Below, piece by piece: positions 10,293 to 17,606 of a stretch of 64,000 bases of DNA (positions are counted from its first letter, which is position 1; the number at the start of each line of letters is the position of its first letter). Under the pieces are notes generated by a model. It saw only the letters and a program-made list of their open reading frames with translations, was not told where the DNA came from and did not search any database. Made by a program: the position numbers and the translations under genes. Where the stretch lies: positions 8,341-72,340 of the forward strand of contig JAJDEJ010000109.1 of the NCBI GenBank assembly GCA_029259815.1, in the 5' to 3' direction. This DNA is from Planctomycetaceae bacterium (GTDB taxonomy: Bacteria > Planctomycetota > Planctomycetia > Planctomycetales > Planctomycetaceae).

Positions 10293-10391
10293 CCATCACG
10301 CTCCGCGTGATGAGCGGAATGATCGTAAGTCCTCAACAATAGAGAACCCTTCCGTTACTCGTGACGTCACGCGGAGCGTGACGACTACTAT
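10285..10391. repeat. Palindromic intergenic repeat, family A, copy 1 (REP/MITE-like)
   Basis: The left arm CAAAGTAGCCATCACGCTCCGCGTGATGAGCGGAA is identical over 35 nt to 55412-55446. An inverted right arm GTGACGTCACGCGGAGCGTGACGACTACTAT follows. Each arm is itself a hairpin (CATCACGC/GCGTGATG). Confidence 0.85.
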
Positions 10392-10427
10392 CTTTGATAT
10401 CGCCATTACGCAACAGGAACGACATCC

Positions 10428-11564
10428 ATGGACACGCCCCTCATTTTCGACATGCATCTCGACCTCGCGATGAATGCGCAGCATTGGAATCGCGATCTAC
10501 GCTGGACTCAGGAGGAAATCAGGCGCTGGGAGCACATTCACGAGATTTCGTCAGGCAAACGCGACCGCAAGGACCGCGGGAACAACACGGTCTGTTTTCC
10601 TGAGATGCGACGTGGCCGCGTTGGGCTGTGTGTCGCCACGCAGATCGGCCGCAACTCGTCCTACTTCAGCAAGCTGCCCGGTTGGAACTCGCCCGAACAG
10701 GCATGGGCCGACACGCAGGGACAACTCGCGTGGTATCGGCTGATGGAAGAGCAGGGGCAGATGACACAGATCCGCAACAAGTCGCAACTCGACGAGCACC
10801 TCGACCTGTGGCTGAACGAGCCGATCGTTGATGACAGCGAAGCGTGGAAGGACTCACAGTCCCAACCGAAGGAACTCCCGATCGGGTACATCCTCAGCCT
10901 CGAAGGAGCCGACTCGATCGTCACTCCCGACTTTCTGGAGCGAAGTTACAACGATGGTCTGCGTGCGATCGGACTCTCGCATTATGGACCGGGTCGCTAC
11001 GCAGATGGCACCGACTCCGATAGCCCGCTGCATCCGGCAGGCAAAGAGCTGCTCAAAGAGGTCAAGCGTCTGGGGATTATTCTCGACGTGACCCATCTGT
11101 GCGACAAGAGCTTCTGGGACGCCCTCGGCTGTTACGACGGACCCCTGTGGGCCAGTCATCAGAACTGCCGCAAGCTGGCACCGTGGAACCGGCAATTCGC
11201 TGACGATCAGATCAAGGCGGTCGTCGAGCGGGGTGGCATCCTCGGCATGGCGTTCGATGCCATCATGATGGTCCCCGGCTGGGTCCACATGCAGAGCAAG
11301 CCGGAAGACTTTCAACTCAAAATCGAACGCATCTGCGAGCACATCGACCACATCTGCCAACTCACCGGCGATGCAAAGCACATCGCCATCGGTACCGACC
11401 TCGACGGCGGCTACGGCACCGAACAAACCCCCATGGACCTCGACTCCATCGCCGACCTCCGCACAATCCCCGGTCTGCTGAAAGCGCGGGGCTACTCAGA
11501 CGACGACATCACCGGCATCATGTGGAAGAACACGGTCGAGTTCCTGCGACGCGTGTGGGAGTGA
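10428..11564 (+). CDS. Membrane dipeptidase-like protein (peptidase M19 family)
   Basis: FDMHLDLA (family consensus DxHxD), LSLEGADSI, GLSHYGP, GGILGM and IAIGTDLDGG follow the M19 renal-dipeptidase fold pattern. Confidence 0.8.
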   Translation: MDTPLIFDMHLDLAMNAQHWNRDLRWTQEEIRRWEHIHEISSGKRDRKDRGNNTVCFPEMRRGRVGLCVATQIGRNSSYFSKLPGWNSPEQAWADTQGQLAWYRLMEEQGQMTQIRNKSQLDEHLDLWLNEPIVDDSEAWKDSQSQPKELPIGYILSLEGADSIVTPDFLERSYNDGLRAIGLSHYGPGRYADGTDSDSPLHPAGKELLKEVKRLGIILDVTHLCDKSFWDALGCYDGPLWASHQNCRKLAPWNRQFADDQIKAVVERGGILGMAFDAIMMVPGWVHMQSKPEDFQLKIERICEHIDHICQLTGDAKHIAIGTDLDGGYGTEQTPMDLDSIADLRTIPGLLKARGYSDDDITGIMWKNTVEFLRRVWE

Positions 11565-11751
11565 CCGGTGGGGCTCCAGTTCAGGACCAATGTCCCCGCC
11601 ACCAATGCCCTCGGACACGATACCGGGTTAGTCACGATCATCGACTACTAACACATTGACGACGCGGTTATCGCGAGTTACCGTCACCATGCGCGGATAT
11701 CCAACGATGACCGCTGTCGAATTCAAAGTTCTGCAACTCGGATACTGCACA

Positions 11752-12429
11752 ATGAAATGTCCGCACTGTGCTCACGAAATTCACTTTAAAGAATCCGAGA
11801 CGTTCGTCTACAAAGATTCGGAACCCAAAGACGCTTTGACTGGATATGACATCGCGCACGGCTTCTGTCCTTCGTGCAATAATCTGATCGTTCTATTTCG
11901 CCGGGGAATCTTACGCAAAAATATGGAGCCCGCTCCTCCGATCCTCGCAAATATCCACTCGACTGAGATAATATATCCCAAAACAGCTCGCGCTCGGCCG
12001 CTTTCAGTTGAGGTACCCAAAGACTATCGAAATGATTTCATCGAGGCCGAGTCTGTCCTTCCGGCGAGTCCGAAAGCGAGCGCTGCAATCAGTCGGCGCT
12101 TACTGCAGGACATCTTGCGGAACGATTTTGGCCTCAAGGCGGCCAACTTGGCCCAAGAAATCGATGCATTTCTCAAACTGCCCGGTATTCCCACATACAT
12201 CACGGAGGCCGTGGACGCAATCAGAAATGTAGGTAACTTCGCCGCCCATCCACTCAAGAACCAAAACACTGGTCAGATTATCGAAGTGGAACCAGGCGAA
12301 GCAGAATGGCTCCTTGAGGTTCTTGAATCATTGTTTGATTTTCAGTTCGTTCAACCGAAGCGTCTATCTTCAAGACGGTCTGCCTTAAACACAAAGCTGA
12401 CTGCCGCAGGTAAACCACAAATGAAGTAA
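11752..12429 (+). CDS. Zinc-ribbon plus DUF4145 (HEPN-like) domain protein
   Basis: CPHCAHEIHF...CPSCNNLIV gives two CxxC pairs. The C-terminal ASAAISRRLLQDILRN...AVDAIRNVGNFAAHP...EAEWLLEVLESLFDF matches the DUF4145 pattern. The ORF opens at 11656; I prefer ATG 11752 (MKCPHC). GC content is visibly lower than in the flanks. Confidence 0.75.
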   Translation: MKCPHCAHEIHFKESETFVYKDSEPKDALTGYDIAHGFCPSCNNLIVLFRRGILRKNMEPAPPILANIHSTEIIYPKTARARPLSVEVPKDYRNDFIEAESVLPASPKASAAISRRLLQDILRNDFGLKAANLAQEIDAFLKLPGIPTYITEAVDAIRNVGNFAAHPLKNQNTGQIIEVEPGEAEWLLEVLESLFDFQFVQPKRLSSRRSALNTKLTAAGKPQMK

Positions 12430-12521
12430 TACGTCGCAGAACCAATCGCTGGACCAGAGTCGCCGATCTGGTGGGAATCAAGTGGATGGCTGATCGCGGC
12501 GAGCTGGTCAGCTTTGACGTT

Positions 12522-12933
12522 ATGTCGCTGAAGACCATGAATCCTGACATCGAAGCATTCAACGAAGGTCAAGCAACGGTCGAAGAGCGGCAGATATGCG
12601 AAACTCTTGCGACGACCATCGGCAAACTGCTTCCCGAAGCAGAAAAGCAAGATTTGGCATCGCCATCCAGTCTGGTTCTTAGATGGAAACCCAACCGTCG
12701 GTTATAGCAAACTGAAAGCCGGGATTCGGCTAATGTTCTGGAGTGGCGCGAGCTTTGACGAAGATAAGTTGCAACCCGGAACTGGAAAATTCAAAGATGC
12801 TTCGATGATCTTCACTGATCCTGACCAAATCAAGCTGGCCGACATGAAACGCTGGATCAAGAAATCGAAAGTCATTCAATGGGACTACAAAAATGTTGCC
12901 AAACGAAAAGGAAAACTGGTGCGTCTAAAATAG
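12522..12933 (+). pseudogene. Frameshifted DUF1801 (YdhG-like) domain gene
   Basis: The N-terminal part ...ERQICETLATTIGKLLPEAE is in the frame of ORF 12471..12707. It continues as KIWHRHPVWFLDGNPTVGYSKLKAGIRLMFWSG...IQWDYKNV in the frame of ORF 12607..12933. The frame change lies around 12642-12651, near the run GAAAAG. Confidence 0.7.
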
Positions 12934-12937
12934 TCGA

Positions 12938-13084
12938 GTAGGTCAGGCTGTGCCTGACGGCACAGTCGTGTCGATCAGCAACAATTCAAGCGGCAATTCC
13001 CTTGATCGATCACGTCTTGTCAACAAGTGGGATGTCATTTGCGGTCGTCGGCTCATCCATATCGTCAGGCACAGCCTGACCTAC
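12938..13084. repeat. Perfect 22-bp inverted repeat pair with a 103-bp spacer; each arm is a hairpin
   Basis: GTAGGTCAGGCTGTGCCTGACG at 12938-12959 has its exact reverse complement CGTCAGGCACAGCCTGACCTAC at 13063-13084. There is an internal hairpin GTCAGG-CTGTG-CCTGAC. Confidence 0.85.
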
Positions 13085-13113
13085 GACACTGACATCTGGA
13101 TTTCCAGCGAGGT

Positions 13114-13860
13114 TTGATGAGTAGCGAAATGGACGAGTTTCTACAGATCTATGGCACTTTGCCGCGAGCAGGGCCGGGCTCGAATGCGTTGACGCGTCGG
13201 GCGTTTGACATACTGACGGACCTGCCGGAGTCGCCTCGTATTCTGGATGTCGGCTGCGGGCCGGGGATGCAGACCGTCGAGCTTTTGAAGATGTCAAATG
13301 GTTCGGTCGTGGCCGTTGATTTCCTGCCGGAAATGATTGCTCGAGCAGAGGCCGCAGCGGAACGGGCCGGCGTGGCTGATCGGCTCGTGACCTTGCAGCA
13401 GGACATGCACGAGATGGACTTCCCGGAGTCGAGCTTTGATGTCATCTGGTCCGAGGGGGCCATCTACATCCTGGGATTCGAAGCGGGCTTGCGAAAGGTC
13501 AAGAAATACGTCAAGCCGGGTGGTTACGTCGCTGTGAGTGAAGCCATGTGGTTGAAGCCGGATCCATCGCCCGAGGTGGTGAGTCTCTGGGAAGAGTATC
13601 CAGAAATCGACAGCATTGATGCGAAACTCGATGTCATCAAGCGCCTGGGCTACGAAGCCGTCGGGCATTTTGTGTTCCCACCCAGTGCATGGCTTGAAGC
13701 CTACTATGAACCAATGGAAAGGCGGATCGCTGACAAGGAGACGGAATGGCGAGGCAATGAGAAGGCAGAGGCAGTTCTGCAAGCGGCGAAGAACGAGATC
13801 TCAGTCTTTCGCCAGTACTCTGACTACTACAGCTACGCATTCTTCGTGATGCGAAACTGA
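13114..13860 (+). CDS. Class I SAM-dependent methyltransferase
   Basis: ILDVGCGPGMQTVEL is SAM-binding motif I. DVIWSEGAIY and GGYVAVSE follow the usual post-motif pattern. Confidence 0.85.
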   Translation: MMSSEMDEFLQIYGTLPRAGPGSNALTRRAFDILTDLPESPRILDVGCGPGMQTVELLKMSNGSVVAVDFLPEMIARAEAAAERAGVADRLVTLQQDMHEMDFPESSFDVIWSEGAIYILGFEAGLRKVKKYVKPGGYVAVSEAMWLKPDPSPEVVSLWEEYPEIDSIDAKLDVIKRLGYEAVGHFVFPPSAWLEAYYEPMERRIADKETEWRGNEKAEAVLQAAKNEISVFRQYSDYYSYAFFVMRN

Positions 13861-13941
13861 CCTGTTGTCTTCACGCAGGCGACCTGCACACTCGGTCGCC
13901 TCTGGGTACCGTCTCGGTTAAGTTGGGGGCTTGGCAGTTCC

Positions 13942-16095
13942 TTGACGCAGCGGATGATGACCCCGATGGACAGACACTTCTCGACAATAGCCATCATTCT
14001 GTGCTGCATGTTGTGGCGAACATTGGATGCAGCTGAGCGTCCGAACATTCTCCTCGCAATTAGCGATGATCAGTCGTTCCCGTATGCATCGGCGTATGGC
14101 GGCTCCGGTGTGTCGACACCCGCGTTTGACCGTGTGGCGATGGAAGGGGTGTTGTTCACAAATGCATTCGCGGCGTCGCCGGGATGCAGTCCATCGCGAG
14201 CTTCACTGCTGACTGGTCGTCATCCGTGGCAGATCGAGCATGCAGGGACGCATGGCAGTTGGTTCCCTACCAAGTATCGTACCTATCCGGAGCTTCTCCA
14301 GAAGCAGGGCTACTTCACGGGATTCACCGGAAAAGGCTGGGGGCCGGGTGATTTCAGTGGTCGGGAGCACAACCCGGCTGGACCGGAGTTTGCAGATCTC
14401 AAAACGAAGCCACTCTTTTCCGGAATCAACTCAAACGACTACGCAGCCAATTTCGCTGCGTTTCTGGAAGCCAAGCCGGACGATCAACCCTTCTGCTTCT
14501 GGATGGGGGCCAAGGAGCCGCATCGTAAGTTTGAGAAGGGTTCGTGGAAGCAGGCGGGCAAGCGGCTCGAAGACGCTGTTGTGCCTCCTTACTTACCTGA
14601 CACTCCAGAGGTACGGGGAGACATTCTTGACTATTGTGTCGAGATCGAATGGTTTGACCAACACCTTGGACGCATCCTGAATCAACTCGAAGAGGCTGGT
14701 GAACTCGACAATACGCTAGTCATCGTGACGTCCGACAATGGCATGTCGTTTCCCCGTGCCAAGGCCAACTGCTACGAGGACGGCATCCACGTGCCTCTGG
14801 CGATTCGTTGGGGTGACCAGGTTCCGAGCGGACGAACGGTCGATGATATCGTTGGCTTTGTGGACCTGACAGCGACCATTCTGGAGGCCGCTGGCGTGAC
14901 AAATCCAAGTATTGAGTTCCCGCCCGTTGGCCGCAGCATCGGTCACATCCTGGAGTCGACGGCGTCCAATACCGTCGATCCCTCAAGGACGGCTGTGTTC
15001 TCAGCACGCGAGCGGCACTCGTCGTCACGCTATCAGACGCTTGGATACCCGCAGCGTGCAATGCGGACACGAGACTATCTGGTGATCCGCAATTTTCGTC
15101 CCGAACGGTGGCCGGCAGGTCCACCTCAGAAGTTTGATCGCGCCCCCCAAGGGGATCAGCCGGGTGTACCAGGAGTCATGGATGGCGGATATCACGACAT
15201 CGATGCCTGTCCAACGCTGACCTTCCTGACTGATCACCAAGCAGATGCTGAGATCGCGAAGTCTCTGCATCTTGCCGTCGATCACCGGCCAGCTGTCGAA
15301 ATCTTCTCGATCCACGACGACCCGGGATGTCTCCGCAATCTGGCAGGTGAATCCTCGTTTTCTGATTCCGAGCGGCAACTCATACAGCGGTTGGAGTCAA
15401 CCCTTGTCGAAACGTCTGACCCCCGGCAACTCAACGGTGGCGAGATCTTCGAGACCTACCGCAGATACGCCAGTCTCAGGTACTTTCCGGCTCCCGTTGC
15501 GGTCATGGAGCGAGAACGGAAGCTGAGGGAGGAGGGTTGGCTGCCACTTTTCAACGGCTACGATCTCACCGGTTGGAAAGCCAGCGGGGCAGACGGATCA
15601 TTTGAGGTCATCAACGGCATGATCAAGGCGGAGGCGACTGCACAGAATGCTCATCTCTTCTACAGGGGAGACGTGCACGACGGTGACTTGACAGACTTTG
15701 AAATGATGATTGATTGTCTGTGTTATCCGCATGCCAATGGGGGCGTCTACTTTCACACGAGCTTTCAGGAGTCAGGGTTTCCCAACGATGGCCATGAAGT
15801 GCAGGTCAACAATACGCACAGCAACCCCACCCGTACGGGGAGCCTGTTCGCAGTTGTTGATTGCAGCGAGTCTCCTGTCTCGGATGAAGTGTTCTTCAAC
15901 CTGCACGTCACCGTGCAAGGCAAGCACGTCACCCTCGCCGTCAATGGGGAGACGACCGTCGATTACACCGAACCAGAGGGTTACGAGCATCCAGAGTACA
16001 CGGGCCGCGACATCGACCACGGCACATTCGCATTACAGGCACATGACCCGGACAGCGTTGTGTTCTACCGCAACATCTGGGTGCGATCTCTTTAG
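13942..16095 (+). CDS. Sulfatase fused to a C-terminal DUF1080 (3-keto-disaccharide hydrolase-like) domain
   Basis: PNILLAISDDQSF and the CSPSRASLLTGR formylglycine motif mark the sulfatase. The C-terminal ~190 aa (GWLPLFNGYDLTGWKASG...FEVINGMIKAE...GGVYFHT..GHEVQVNN...ALQAHD...FYRNIWVR) follow the DUF1080 pattern. A signal-like N-terminus is present. ATG 13954 is an alternative start. Confidence 0.88.
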   Translation: MTQRMMTPMDRHFSTIAIILCCMLWRTLDAAERPNILLAISDDQSFPYASAYGGSGVSTPAFDRVAMEGVLFTNAFAASPGCSPSRASLLTGRHPWQIEHAGTHGSWFPTKYRTYPELLQKQGYFTGFTGKGWGPGDFSGREHNPAGPEFADLKTKPLFSGINSNDYAANFAAFLEAKPDDQPFCFWMGAKEPHRKFEKGSWKQAGKRLEDAVVPPYLPDTPEVRGDILDYCVEIEWFDQHLGRILNQLEEAGELDNTLVIVTSDNGMSFPRAKANCYEDGIHVPLAIRWGDQVPSGRTVDDIVGFVDLTATILEAAGVTNPSIEFPPVGRSIGHILESTASNTVDPSRTAVFSARERHSSSRYQTLGYPQRAMRTRDYLVIRNFRPERWPAGPPQKFDRAPQGDQPGVPGVMDGGYHDIDACPTLTFLTDHQADAEIAKSLHLAVDHRPAVEIFSIHDDPGCLRNLAGESSFSDSERQLIQRLESTLVETSDPRQLNGGEIFETYRRYASLRYFPAPVAVMERERKLREEGWLPLFNGYDLTGWKASGADGSFEVINGMIKAEATAQNAHLFYRGDVHDGDLTDFEMMIDCLCYPHANGGVYFHTSFQESGFPNDGHEVQVNNTHSNPTRTGSLFAVVDCSESPVSDEVFFNLHVTVQGKHVTLAVNGETTVDYTEPEGYEHPEYTGRDIDHGTFALQAHDPDSVVFYRNIWVRSL

Positions 16096-16110
16096 GAAAG
16101 AAGACCGACG

Positions 16111-16887
16111 ATGGACACTATCAAAGCACGACTGGCACGAGGAGAACAGGTGATGACCTTCGGCTTCGGTCGATTGTTTCATCACAATCTGATTCAGATG
16201 CTGGGGATGCAAGGAGGCTTTCAAGGTTTCTGGCTCGACCATGAACATGTGGGTATGACGGTCCGCGACATGGAGGTCGCAGCGATCACCGGCCGTAGTG
16301 TGGGGCTTGACTGCTTCGTGCGAATCGCTCCGACCGACTATGCAATGGTGACCCGTTGTCTTGAGTCGGGAGCCAGCGGAGTGATGGCGGCACAGATTCA
16401 CTCAGCGGAGCAGGCGGAGGAGTTCGTTCGTTGGGCCAAGTTTGCCCCGCGCGGATGTCGCGGGCTTAACACGGGCGGCTACGACGGTGGCTTTGGCCGA
16501 CTCTCAGCCAATGAGTTTACAGAACAAGCCAACCGCGAGACTTTCGTCGCAATCCAGGTCGAGACAACCGGTGCGGTCGACGAATGCGAGGCAATCGCTG
16601 CCATTGACGGGGTTGATCATCTGTTTGTTGGACCGGCCGATCTGAGTCAGGCGCTGGGGGTGACCGGTCAGTACATGCACGAGAAGTGCATCAATGCAAT
16701 CAAGCGAGTCGCAGCGGCGTGTCAGTCAAGCAGCATGACTTGGGGAGCTGTGACGCCGACATCTGATCATGCAGCCATGCTTGTCGAACATGGCTGCACC
16801 CTGCTCTCACCCGTCAACGACCTCCGCGTGGTCAACGCCGGGATGAACTCCCTGAAGACACAGTTTGCTGACTGGTTCAGTGAGTGA
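16111..16887 (+). CDS. HpcH/HpaI-family aldolase, paralogue 2
   Basis: [35 protein letters not shown] and LFVGPADLS. It starts 15 nt after the sulfatase-DUF1080 gene. Confidence 0.88.
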   Translation: MDTIKARLARGEQVMTFGFGRLFHHNLIQMLGMQGGFQGFWLDHEHVGMTVRDMEVAAITGRSVGLDCFVRIAPTDYAMVTRCLESGASGVMAAQIHSAEQAEEFVRWAKFAPRGCRGLNTGGYDGGFGRLSANEFTEQANRETFVAIQVETTGAVDECEAIAAIDGVDHLFVGPADLSQALGVTGQYMHEKCINAIKRVAAACQSSSMTWGAVTPTSDHAAMLVEHGCTLLSPVNDLRVVNAGMNSLKTQFADWFSE

Positions 16888-16925
16888 TCGACGCTGAGAG
16901 AAACCGAGCGTTGGAACTGCGAACC

Positions 16926-17168
16926 TTACACGACATCAATGTCGTTGGTCAGCGTGAACTGTTCGATCTCGTCGAGCGCGGCATGTGTTGCAAGTTGCTT
17001 GACGTAGTACGTCGGAGCAATACCGCGAAGAATGACGTCCTGCCCTTGCACGTCGACTTGCAAGTCTTTGACTCGCGCGGCCGTCCGCAGGTTGACGATT
17101 CTCTCGACTCGACCACAAAGTGGTTCCGACGGACACTCGATTGTGTCGTGACGTAAATGAAGCCCCAT
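16926..17168 (-). CDS. Small BON-domain protein
   Basis: The C-terminal RVERIVNLRTAARVKDLQVDVQGQDVILRGIAPTYYVKQLATHAAL matches the BON pattern. ATG 17168 is preceded by AAGGAGGAATGC, a strong Shine-Dalgarno sequence. The longer ORF running to 17342 lacks such a signal. Confidence 0.7.
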   Translation of the reverse strand: MGLHLRHDTIECPSEPLCGRVERIVNLRTAARVKDLQVDVQGQDVILRGIAPTYYVKQLATHAALDEIEQFTLTNDIDVV

Positions 17169-17606
17169 GCATTCCTCCTTGATGGGAATTGCCTCAGTGA
17201 AACTGAAGCGGGTCAATGTTGACAAACCGCGTCGTGCTTCCTTGACAGACGACTTGGGAATCAACCTTGAGTAACACAACTCAATGCTGAAAGAATGTTC
17301 ATTCGACGAGGTGAATGTAGCGGCATCTGTTGGCCGCGTCAAACAATTGTTTGAATTTCGCGGATTGAGGAGTAAAGAGTCTGAGCGAGTTCTCTCCCCA
17401 TCGAAGTCCCGAAAAAACGCGAATCAATGGGTTTTCACGATCTGTACCAGTTTCCCTGCTCCCACGAGGGGGTCTCGTGACCTCAAGATGTGGCCTATTG
17501 TCGCAGCCAGGGCGCGGTGTTAGTTTGCCATTGGGGTTCGATCTTTGAGCATCGACGTAACCCTGCCTGATGTTTTCTCCAATCGGACTGCTGGTGGTTC
17601 TGTCGC

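Noticed and set aside
17491-17505. Sigma-54-like promoter TGGCCTATTGTCGCA about 100 nt upstream of glnE
   Set aside because: GG and GC dinucleotides are present, but the GG-to-GC spacing is one nucleotide shorter than in the TGGCAC-N5-TTGCW consensus and the flanking consensus bases mismatch. The evidence is too weak to call.
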